A DNA stretch of 64,000 bases. It comes from Eledone cirrhosa (lineage: Eukaryota). Made by a program: the position numbers and the translations under genes. The stretch's first letter is position 1. Each line of letters starts with the position of its first letter. Location: NCBI GenBank assembly GCA_964016885.1, contig OZ024757.1:2790001-2854000 (forward strand), given 5' to 3'. The notes beneath the pieces were generated by a model, which was not told the origin of the DNA, made no database searches, and worked only from the letters and a program-made list of their open reading frames with translations. Of this stretch, positions 22,682 to 33,400 are shown in pieces.

Positions 22682-22682
<1 letters not shown>
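19084..22682 (-). mobile_element. R4/Dong family 2 copy D3, apparently near full length
   Basis: About 120-nt 5' leader, one long ORF and a short 3' UTR; (ATT)n on both sides. Confidence 0.93.
19158..22558 (-). CDS. Dong/R4 polyprotein: N-terminal Myb-like domain, reverse transcriptase, CCHC finger, restriction-like endonuclease (one frameshift near 19710)
   Basis: 963-aa ORF (WTKELNRTVMQCY..GYRRRMHNIW; NYRPITCL; QGDSLSPLLF; LFMDDLK) joins the 19158-19733 ORF (RHD; RPDLVVVD..DVACP..EKINRY) across a (GA)n slip. Confidence 0.88.

Positions 22683-22747
<65 letters not shown>
22682..22747. repeat. (ATT)n tract, ~22 units
   Basis: Lies between the D3 5' end and the Tx1-B 5' end. Confidence 0.98.
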
Positions 22748-22963
22748 GAATGCTATGGTTGACGGAGGCTCGGCTCTGTAAGGTATTGTAAATTTTGAAC
22801 GCTATAACAATTGTAAATTGTTTAAAACTTTAACGAACTTCTAGACAAAAACACCCTCCTCCTCGTGAGAGGGGTCTTTCTGCCCGTTATTTGGCCCTTC
22901 GGGGTTAAATAACTGCTTATTGGGGTTTTGTGCCCAATATTTATTTTAAACAAAAAAAACAAC

Positions 22964-25050
22964 ATGGCTACGAAAAAGAATTTTAATAGGTCACTCCCAC
23001 TCATTCCGTCTTCTTCTTCCTCAATCATCACTACAGCAGAGAGAAGATTATCTCTCTCCCTCCCTTCTTTAAATGTGTCTCTCTCCCTCCCTTCTCTTTC
23101 GCAAGCGACGACAAAAAAAAAAGTCTCGTGCAAAGCGTGCAAGATTTCTCCACGACGACGACGACAACGACGAAACAGGTGTGCGGGAAATACGAAAACC
23201 CAGTTCATTCGTCTGACGTCAGGAATAATAGCAGTAGCAGCCGTAATAACAACAGCAACAGTGACAATGAAAACAACAGTAGCAGCCGCAACAGCATAAA
23301 CAACAACAGCATTAGCAGCAGCAACACCAACAACAACCACAGCAACAGCGGCGGAGGCAGTAGTCGTAGTACCAGCAGCAACAACAAAAGTAACAGCAGC
23401 TCTGACGACAACAACAACAACAGCAGCAAAGAAAAACCAATCTCATTTGCAGGTATTGCGAAAAACCTGGAAACAATCCTCATAACAAATGAGGAATTAG
23501 AGGAAGCGAAGAAGATGGTGACAAAGACTGGACACCGAGCAATCTGCAAGGCAGCGGAAAAATTTTTCGAAACCCAACAGCACTGTACGGTCACGTACCG
23601 TACAGTAAGTACAAAATCCCGTAGGGTTGAAAGAGCCACAGAGGCTCAAATACAAAAAGCCTCGGGGTCTGTGTGGCAGCGGAAAACGCACATCACCCGA
23701 GGCAAAAAATATGCCACCGTAGACGTACTTTTTGCCACACCCCAGGAGGCAAAGGCTCAATCCGTAGTGACCCTAAGGAGCGAGGAAATGGTGTTGGTGC
23801 CCTCCTACTGCGGGCAAAAAATTGTGAGGGTCAAACTGACCCACGTCCCCCCCCGGGATGGCCCCTTCTTGGCTGGCCGCGTCTGTCCTCGTCGGAATCG
23901 AGGACAAAACAACTGTACTGCAAGTACAGAAAAAAGTAAGAGAAGATTGGGTCGGCACCTCCATTGAGATGCTAATCCAAACCAACCAGGAGTGCATCGA
24001 AGCTATCCCGGATGTGATAGACTTCGATAACGGCACTCAACTGCCCATAAGTGTTGAGGGCAAACGCCCGAAATGCTTTCGCTGTGGATCGAAGACTCAC
24101 CTCAGGGCTTTCTGCAACGAGAAGACCCTGAGAAAGGAGAAAACCCCTTCCGAAACCGGCTCCACGGCTACCAGCAACAGGACAAGCGGCAACAAGGAAC
24201 GATAGGTCCGTGGCACCCATACCCACGCCACGGAAATCAAAAACAGCAGCAGCAGTGGAAATACTAACAACAACAACAGCAATACCAAATGCAGCTGCAA
24301 CAGAGACTCCAGTGCAAACATCACCAACTACAACAAGTTAAAGAGTGGAGCTGGTACCCCTCCCTGACCTCACAGAATCAGACATGGAGTGTGAGGTGGG
24401 AGAGGGATGGCAAAAGGTCGTAAGAAGGCACAAACGCAGAAGCAGCGCATCGTCGCCTTTGAAAAGGGAGGAAAGAAATGAGAAAAGGGTAAAGTCTACT
24501 GCAAAGAGACTCACAGCAGCAACACCATCAACACCATCACCACCCACACTAGCACCACCATCACCACCGGCGACAACCCCACCGCCAACAACACCTTCAA
24601 CACCACCACCACAAGCACCAACATCGCAAACACAACAACAAAACACACACAGCCAGCAACAACGACAAGAAAATAGCAGAACCACACCCCACCCCCAGAA
24701 AAACAAATGCACGGCAATAAATACACACAACAAGAAACTAATGACTTACATAATTGAACACACAGATATTTCACAACACGACTACATAATACCAGCACCA
24801 ATCAAAACGCCAACTAACATAAGACTACTAAAAATAGCACAGAAACAATACACAAACATTAAAACGAAAATTCCCCAACGCAGTTGGTGATTTCAGGGAC
24901 CTAGGAGGAACTATCAATCGAAGAGTATATTCGGACATACCCATAGAAGAGCCGACGACCAGCCGAAGGGACGATTCAACGGTCCCTTCACCAGACGATC
25001 AAGTGAAAAGGGATGTAAAAACCATCCCTCCTCTACGAAAAGTACGGTAA
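22964..25050 (+). pseudogene. Tx1-B ORF1, frameshifted
   Basis: Pieces 22928-23299, 23128-23967, 23858-24205 and 24345-24890, plus the FPNAVGDFR..PLRKVR* tail ending at 25050; CCHC knuckle KCFRCGSKTHLRAFC at ~24074. Confidence 0.82.
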
Positions 25051-25085
25051 GTGGTCTTTCCCATCTTTTCCACTCTATTTTAAAC

Positions 25086-28000
25086 ATGACCTCACTCAGA
25101 ATAGGCAGCATAAATGCGCGTGGCTTGGGGTCGTCATGGAAGCAGGGTCACCTGCTCAACGACCTCAGGTCACTAAACATAGATGTAGTGGCCATCAGCG
25201 AGACCAGAATCTCCGAAGCACGGGCCTTCGCACCGATCTTCGGCGGCTACGATGTGTACGCATCTCCCAGCTGTCCTGGATCGGGGGGAGGAGTTGCTGT
25301 GCTTTTTCGGAGAGGTTTGGATCTCGCCATACGGGCCATCTTCCTGGACCCAGAGGGTAAGCTGGTGGTGCTGGACGTGACCAGCGGAGACGGGCAAGCT
25401 TTCAGGCTAGTGGCCGTCTATGCCCCGACAGGAGCAGGGCGGCCTGATTTCTTCCGGCGTCTGGAGACCTTTCTTGGAACGTTCCGCTCTGTAGTGTCAG
25501 TGGGCGACTGGAACGGGATCTTAGATGTACGCTGGGACTGTGTGGGATTAGCGGATAGGGGTGGAGGGTGCAAGAGCCTCACCAACCTGCTCAGGCGTTT
25601 TGAACTGTCTGACAGGTACCGATTGCATTTCCCGAATGTGCCAATGTGGACTTGGACAAATCGCATAGGGTCATCCAGATCATATCTAGATAGAGTATTT
25701 TGTAGGGAAATAGATAGGTCTAGCATAGGCTGTCCACAATTCAAGATAGTCAGCTACACGGACCACAAATTCGTGATCTGTGTGCTTGACTTAGATAGGC
25801 TTCATAGACGAGGACCCGGCTACTGGAAGCTAAACGCGTCCTTACCAGCGCGCAAGGCCTACAGAGACCGGATTAGCGAACTAGTTAAGCGGGCGTTGAC
25901 GGGGGCCATCGTCAACAACAAGTGGTGGTTTTCTCTGAAAAGAGCGATTAGAATAGAATCCATTAGGTTTAGTAAGGCTTTAGCAATAGAGAAAAATAGA
26001 GCAGAGGGAGAACTAGTTAGAAAATTAGACGAGGCGCTTAGCAAAGGCATTGCGACCGACGTGCTTGCGGCGAAATTGGCCCTTGACCAATTCTTCAATG
26101 CAAAGCACGAAGGCTGCGTTGTCAGAGCAAGGGTGCGTGCTCTCAGACACGAGGGGACGAAAGCCGTTCAATGGGCCCGAGTGGCGGAGGCGCGTCGTGG
26201 CAACAAAGCCACGATCCGGTCTTTGGTGGACCACGACGGGCGCATGCTACTCGATCCCGGGCAAATGTGTGAAGCTTTTCAGCGACACTTCGCTCAGCTG
26301 TTCGGGGGCAGCGGTGGGCCGGGTCGAGGGATGGACTTTAGTGTCTACTTCGACGGACTGCCGCGGCTCTCGGCCACTGAGGCGAAGTGTTGCGAAAAGC
26401 CGATAACAGCTGCTGAAGTAAGGGAGGCAATGACTGGCTGCACAAGGGGTTAAATCGCCTGGTTTGGATGGTCTGCCCTATGAACTTTACGTACAGATGC
26501 CAGACTTGTTCGGAGGCCTCTTGGCGGACGTCTACTGCAACTGGCAACAGAACGGGAGAATTCCCAGTTCTGTGAGCCGAGGAGCGGTGGCACTGCTGAG
26601 AAAGGATCCGAACAAGGGGGATAACATAGATAATTTCCGGCCCATAACTCTGCTAAACACAGAGTTCAAGATTTTGGCCAAGGTGCTAGCAAAGAGGTTG
26701 GCGCTTGTCGTTGGTGGTCTGGTGGGAGAGGCGCAGACATCCGCCATTCCCGACAGATCCATCCACGACAACCTCCACCTCATGCGATACATCGTAGAGA
26801 GGGTAGCTAGGGAACCTGGCACGGGTGGCTCCTTGATCAATTTAGATCAGTCGAAAGCTTTCGATAGGGTCGACCATCGTTACCTAGCGGCAGTCCTGAG
26901 GGCGGCTGGCTTTGGGCCCGTCTTCAGAGGCTGGATCACTGCCATGCACAGCGACATCTGCTCTGTGGTGAGAGTGAACGGTCACCTGTCGGAACCGTTC
27001 AACATCATGCGCTCGGTCCGCCAAGGATGTCCCCTCTCGTCCCTCTTGTACGTATTGACTCTCGAGCCATTACTGCACAAACTGGAGACGTTGAGGGGCG
27101 TCCCGCGCGAACTAGGATGCGGAAGATCCGTGTCAGCATATGCGGACGATGTCACCGTAGTGGTGTCGAACGCCAAACACATCGAGGCGATCGGCACTAC
27201 ACTAAGAGAATACGAAGCGGTGACAGGAGCAATGATCAACCAGGAAAAGTCAGTGGGCCTGCAGCTCGGCACCTGGAGAGGCAGGTCCATGCCGTCCAAC
27301 AGCGTCGTCGGACGCTGGACGGACGGACCGGTTAAATTGCTAGGGGTCTGGTTCGGTCCGGACCTCCAGACGGACAAAAATTGGGACGAGGTGACGAGCA
27401 GGGTGGCTTCTCTCACCCATAAATGGGCGGAGAGGAAGCTATCCCTGAAAGGTCGAGCGGAGGTGGCTAACGCGTACATCGCGTCTGTCATCTGCTACCG
27501 CCTGACCGTCGTACCTTGTCCTAAGCCTCGCCTGACTGCGCTGGAGCGTTTGCTCTTTCGCTTTTTGTGGAAGGGACGCGCTCCGATGGTCAGGCGGTCC
27601 ATCTGTTGTCAACACCCGCTACGTGGAGGGCTGGGCATGCCGTGGCTGATGATGCGCAGGCACGCGCTCAGGCTAGGACATCTCCACCTCTTCCTCGACG
27701 GTGATCAGGTGTGGTCGCCGTTTGCTAGACACGTATTTCCCCAGCTCGTTTCCTTGACGGAGCTGCAGTCCTGGGTCAAGCGAAGACGACCGAGAGGGAG
27801 CGCCTGGAGACTGGAATGTCTTCAGGCGCTCACAGCCCTCGACCAATCGGGCAATGTGATCGGTGGAAACTCCACCTCGGCGTTCTATAGAGGATTAGTG
27901 GAGGGGAAGAGTGACGACGTACTTGGGGAAACTCTAGGCGTCGACGAAAATCAACTAGCCAATCTCTTCGGAAGAACTTTCGGGCCAGGGCCTATGGACA

Positions 28001-28509
28001 ACTTCCAGAAATCTCTGGCCTGGCAGTGCTACCGAGGAGCCTTGCCAGTTCGGGATAAACTCTACAGGCATGGAGGTGCCGTCAGCCGGGCATGTCCGAG
28101 ATGCGCGCAGGGCGACGAAACCGTCCTGCACGCACTCGTCCAGTGTCCGAAAATTGTTGACTTGTGGGTTTATGTCGAACACCTGCTGTCGCGTTTAGGA
28201 CGGATCCGGCTATCATCTGAGTCCATCGTGAGGATTGCCCCGCCCTCCTCCTTTAGCTGGGAAGGGCAGGCAGTTTTTATCTGTCTGGTGGCCATGGCGA
28301 AAGAGATAGTATGGTGGACACGTTTGAAAGGGCTGAAGACGAGCACTTACCTCTTCGGTGATGCTCTGATTGACTTTTTAAAATTTCATTTGAAAAGGAA
28401 AATCAGAGTAGAGAGGGAAGTGCTCTCTTCCCAGCATTTTGTTGAAAGATGGGTGAGAGAAGCAAGAATGGCCCGAGTGAATGGGCCTACTCTGAGTATA
28501 TATCTGTAA
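25086..28509 (+). CDS. Tx1-B ORF2: APE endonuclease, reverse transcriptase, C-terminal zinc finger (single frameshift at ~26450)
   Basis: 455-aa and 681-aa ORFs: SINARGL, GDWN, YLDR, TDHK; NFRPITLLN, DQSKAFDRV, QGCPLS, YADD; CPRCAQGDETVLHALVQC. One extra T in AGGGGTTAAATCG. Confidence 0.9.
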
Positions 28510-28756
28510 ATTAAAGGTGGAAAACTGGGAGAGGGCACTTGCCTTGGTGGTCAGGGTCATTGTGGCCTTTTACTGGGCTTTCTCCACAAATGTCCCTCCG
28601 AAGTCTCCCCCTATTGGGGAATTTTTCATTGTTATTTTTTGTTACATCCTCTGTTTTTGTTTTTTACACGCAGAAATGCCCATTAGTACCGCACTGTATT
28701 GTCCTGCACTGTCCTTAATGTCTACTTTATGTAAACCCTTGTGGTTAATAAAGAAA

Positions 28757-28758
<2 letters not shown>

Positions 28759-28798
<40 letters not shown>
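28759..28798. repeat. (ATT)n tract
   Basis: Direct reading. Confidence 0.98.
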
Positions 28799-29013
28799 GG
28801 TTTGGCAGTATCGGTAGAGCGTCAGACGCCATGCTTTGCGGCATAGAGTGAGGGCCCTTTGCGTTCTGAGTCCAAATCCAGCCGAGGTTAGCTTTGCCTT
28901 TCATCCTTACAGGGTCGATAAAATAAAGTACCTGTAATACACTGGGGTCGTTTAAATCGACTTTCCCCTCCCCGAAATTGCCGGCCTCTTGCCTAAATCA
29001 GAAACATTATTAT
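28799..29013 (+). mobile_element. tRNA-derived SINE S1, copy 3
   Basis: TGGCAGTATCGGTAGAGC..GAGTCCAAATCC..GCCTTTCATCCTTACAGGGTCGATAAAAT..AGAAACATTATT. Confidence 0.88.
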
Positions 29014-29334
29014 AAACAATTCTGGGCAGAATATTAAAAAAAATTAATTTAATTAAAATATTTGGGTTTTTTTTTACATTTTAAATATAGAAAATATTTC
29101 GATTTTTATCAATAATGTTATTTAATTAACTAATCACTACTTCTAACCTAATTAAAATTCTTCATTAGTTCAACATTTCAAACTGTTAACACTGAACGAT
29201 TCGTGGTTTTTATTGTCGAAGAATTTAAATTAAATTAAAATTAAAAATTAATGAAATTGAAGAATTCTTGTAATATCTGAAAATTTCAAAATACGAAAGA
29301 CGACAATATTATAAATATTTTAGTAGTTTTAAGG

Positions 29335-29652
29335 TAGCGTCCGATAGAGGGCGTTGTAGTAGTGGCTAGAACGTCCGATAGATGGCGTTGTTGTAGTGGT
29401 TAGAACGTCCGATAGAGGCCGTTGTAGTAGTTGTTGTAGCGTTCGATAGAGGGCGTTGATGTAGGTGTTGTAGCGTCCGTTAGAGGGCGTTATAGTAGCG
29501 GTTAGAACGTCCGATAGAGGGCGGTGTAGTAGTGGTTAGGACGTCCAATAGCGGGCGTTGAGTTAGTTGTAGCGTCCGATAGAGGGCGTTGTAATAGTTG
29601 TTATAGTGGGCGGTGTAGTAGTGGTTACAACGGCCGATAGAGGACGTTGCAG
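29335..29652. repeat. GC-rich ~32-34-bp minisatellite, 10 units, with CTCF-like core
   Basis: Unit about TAGAACGTCCGATAGAGGGCGTTGTAGTAGTGGT. Confidence 0.9.
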
Positions 29653-29754
29653 TCGATCTCATCTCTAGCTCCCAACTCCACCGACGTCCATTTTCTTTTC
29701 CTTTTATACTTTCAAGATAATATAAAGGATCACAATTCTAATACGGGGACACTC

Positions 29755-30178
29755 TCCCCCCTCTCTCTCTCTCTCTCACTCTCTCTCTCTCTCTCTTTCC
29801 CCCATTCTCTTTCTCTCTCATTCTCTCTCTTTCTTTCTCTCTCTCTTTCTTTCTCTCTCTCTTTCTCTCTCTTTCTTTCTCTCTTTCTTTCTCTTTCTCT
29901 CTCATTCTCTCTCTTTTTCTCTTTCTCTGTTTCTCACGCTCCTGCTTATTCTTTCTTTCTCTTTCACCCTCTCTTTCTTTCTCTCATGCTCCCTCTTATT
30001 AACTCGTGCTCTTTCTCTTTCTCTCTCTCTCACGCCCCCTCTTATACTCTCTTTATAATTCTCTCTCATTCTCTCTCTCTCCTTCTCTCCCCCTTTCTCT
30101 CACCCCACCCCCTTACTCTCTCACGCCCCTCTCACTCTCCTCCTCTCTCACTCCCCCTCTCCTTCCCCACTTTCTCTC
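29755..30178. repeat. (CT)n/CTTT polypyrimidine low-complexity tract
   Basis: Direct reading. Confidence 0.95.
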
Positions 30179-30236
30179 TGAAGATGTTAACACCTGCCTT
30201 ATGTAACTCAGTATTCTCTGCTGAAACTCGATATTA

Positions 30237-30488
30237 TCTTCTTCTTCTTTTTCTTCTTCTTCTTGAGAGTGTCATGGCGGCAGAGACCTCAAACCCTCCT
30301 TCCAGCAGGTCCTGTCAGAAGCAACCATCGCCAACTGATCCGGCTGGATCCCCAAGTGAGACCAGCTAAGCTCATGGATGTTATCCAACCAACTTATTCA
30401 GTGTCTACTCCTGGGTCTTTCTGTCCAGCGATTCTTTCCTAAGATATTTAAACCACATGTCTATAGTATCAGAGCTGTGATCTCTCAA
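30237..30488 (-). mobile_element. RTE-clade LINE 3' end (Rex3/Expander-like C-terminus) with (GAA)n tail
   Basis: The minus strand translates RPRSRH*ISWLDNIHELSWSHLGIQPDQLAMVASDRTCWKEGLRSLPP*, matching the RTE C-terminal pattern RPRGRP..RW.D.I....W..LGI......VA.DR..W......LPP. (TTC)n at 30237-30264. Confidence 0.8.
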
Positions 30489-33400
30489 TCCAGAGATACT
30501 TTCCTGAGACATTCTAACCACATGTCTGTAGTATCAGAGCTGTGATCTCTCAATCCAGAGATACTTTCCTGAGACATTCTAACCACATATCTGTAGTATC
30601 AGAGCTGTGATCTCTCAATCCAGAGATACTTTCCTGAGAAATTCTAACCACATATCTGTAGTACCAGAGCTGTGATCTCTCAATCCAGAGTTTCTTTCAT
30701 GATACATTCTAACCACATATCTGTAGTATCAGAGCTGTGATCTCTCAATCCAGAGATTCTTTCATGAGACATTCTAACGACATATCTGTAGTATCAGAGC
30801 TGTGATCTCTCAATCCAGAGATTCTTTCATGAGACATTCTAACCACATGTCTGTAGTATCAGAGCTGTAATCTCCCAATCCAGCGATTCTTACCTCAGAG
30901 ATTCTAACCACATGTCTATAGAATCATAGCTGTGATCTCGCAATTCAGAGATCCTTTCCTCAGACATTCTAACCAGATGTCTGTAGTGTCAGAGCTGTGA
31001 TATCTCAAACCAGAGATTCTTTCCAGAGACATTCTAACCACATGTCTGTAGTATCAGAGCTGTGATCTCTCATTTCAGAGATTCATTCCCAAGACATTCT
31101 AACCACATGTCTATAGTATCAGAGCTGTGATCTCTCAATTCAGAGATTCTTTCCTGAGACATTCTAACCAAATGACAATAGTATCAGAGCTGTGATCTCT
31201 CAATTCAGAGATTCTTTACAGAGACACACTAACCACATGTCTGTAGTATCAGAGCTGTGATATCTCAATGCAGAGATTCTTTCCTGACACATTCTAACCA
31301 CATGTCTATAGTATCAGAGCTGTGATCTCTCAATTCAGAGATTCTTTCCTGAGGCATTCTAACCACATGTCTAAAGTATCAGAGCTGTGATCTCTCAATT
31401 CAGAGAATCTTTCCTGAGACATTCAAACCACATGTCTATAGTATCAGAGCTGTGCTCTCTCAATTCAGAGATTCTTTCCTGAGGCATTCTAACCACATGT
31501 CTAAAGTATCAGAGCTGTGATCTCTCAATTCACAGATTCTTTCCTGAGGCATTCAAACCACATGTCTGTAGTATCAGAGCTGTGATCTCTCAATTCAGAG
31601 ATTCTTTCCTGAGACATTCTAGCCACATGTCTATAGTATCAGAGCTGTGATCTCTCAATTCAGAGATTATTTCCTGAGACATTCTAACTACATGTCTGTA
31701 GTATCAGAGCTGTGATCGCCCAATCCAGCGATTCTTACCTCAGAGATTCTAACCACATGTCTATAGAATCATAGCTGTGATCTTGCAATTCAGAGATCCT
31801 TTCCTCAGACATTCTAACCACATGTCTGTAGTGTCAGAGCTGTGATATCTCAAACCAGAGATTCTTTCCAGAGACATTCTAACCACATGTCTGTAGTATC
31901 AGAGCAGTGATCTCTCATTTCAGAGATTCATTCCCAAGACATTCTAACCACATGTCTATAGTATCAGAGATGTGATCTCTCAATTCAGAGATTCTTTCCT
32001 GAGACATTCTAACCAAATGACAATAGTATCAGAGCTGTGATCTCTCAATTCAGAGATTCTTTCCAGTGACACACTAACCACATGTCTGTAGTATCAGAGC
32101 TGTGATCTCTCAATTCAGAGTTTCTTTCCTGAGACATTCTAAGCACATGTCTATAGTATCAGAGCTGTGATCTCTCAATTCAGAAATTCTTTCCTGAGAC
32201 ATTCTAACCACATATCGGTAGTATCAGAGCTGTGATCTCTCAATTCAGAGATTATTTCCTGAGACATTCTAACTACATGTCTGTAGTATCAGAGCTGTGA
32301 TCTCTCAATTTAGAGATTCTTTCCTGAGACATTCTAAACACATATCTGTAGTATCAGAGCTGTGAACTCTCAATTCAGAGTTTCTTTCCTGAGACATTCT
32401 AAGCACATGTCTATAGTATCAGAGCTGTGATCTCTCAATTCAGAAATTCTTTCCTGAGATATTCTAACCACATATCGGTAGTATCAGAGCTGTGATCTCT
32501 CAATGCAGAGATTCTTTCCTGACACATTCTAACCACATGTCTATAGTATCAGAGCTGTGATCTCTCAATTCAGAGATTCTTTCCTGAGGCATTCTAACCA
32601 CATGTCTAAAGTATCAGAGCTGTGATCTCTCAATTCAGAGAATCTTTCCTGAGACATTCAAACCACATGTCTATAGTATCAGAGCTGTGCTCTCTCAATT
32701 CAGAGATTCTTTCCTGAGGCATTCTAACCACATGTCTAAAGTATCAGAGCTGTGATCTCTCAATTCACAGATTCTTTCCTGAGGCATTCAAACCACATGT
32801 CTGTAGTATCAGAGGTGTGATCTCTCAATTCAAAGATTCTTTCCTGAGACATTCTAACTACATGTCTGTAGTATCAGAGCTGTAATCTCCCAATTCATAG
32901 ATTCTTTCCAGAAACATTCTAACCACATGACCATAGTATCAGAGCTGTGATCTCTCAATTCAGAGATTCTTTCCAGAGACATTCTAACCACATGTCTATA
33001 GTATCAGAGCTGTGATCTCTCCATTCAGAGATTCTTTCCTGAGACATTCTAACCACATGTCTGTAGTATCAGAGCTGTGATCTCTCAATTTAGAGATTCT
33101 TTCCTGAGACATTCTAACCACATGGCTGTAGTATCAGAGCTGTGATCTCTCAATTCAAAGATTCATTCCTGAGATAATTCTAACCCCATATCTATAGTAT
33201 CAGAGCTGTGATCTCTCAATTCAGAAATTCTTTCCTGAGACATTCTAACCACATATCGGTAGTATCAGAGCTGTGATCTCTCAATGCAGAGATTCTTTCC
33301 TGACACATTCTAACCACATGTCTATAGTATCAGAGCTGTGATCTCTCAAATCAGAGATTCTTTCCTCAGGCATTCTAACCACATGTCTAAAGTATCAGAG

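Larger units (their letters stand above)
22748..28758 (+). mobile_element. Tx1/L1-clade LINE copy B, full length (~6.0 kb)
   Basis: Two-ORF structure; 5' end shared with copy A; 3' end AATAAAGAAATC joined to (ATT)n. Confidence 0.95.

Noticed and set aside
22850-22930. HDV-like ribozyme in the Tx1 5' UTR (TCCTCGT resembles L3)
   Set aside because: I could not find a P1 pairing, the P3 register or the GG of P1.1; kept only as a hairpin finding.
30178-30236. CTGAAGA...GAAA spacing suggesting a hammerhead
   Set aside because: Stems I and II do not pair.
29647-30369. 240-aa Ser/Leu/Phe-rich ORF
   Set aside because: Stop-free by composition (CT tract), and its end is the antisense of the RTE fragment.
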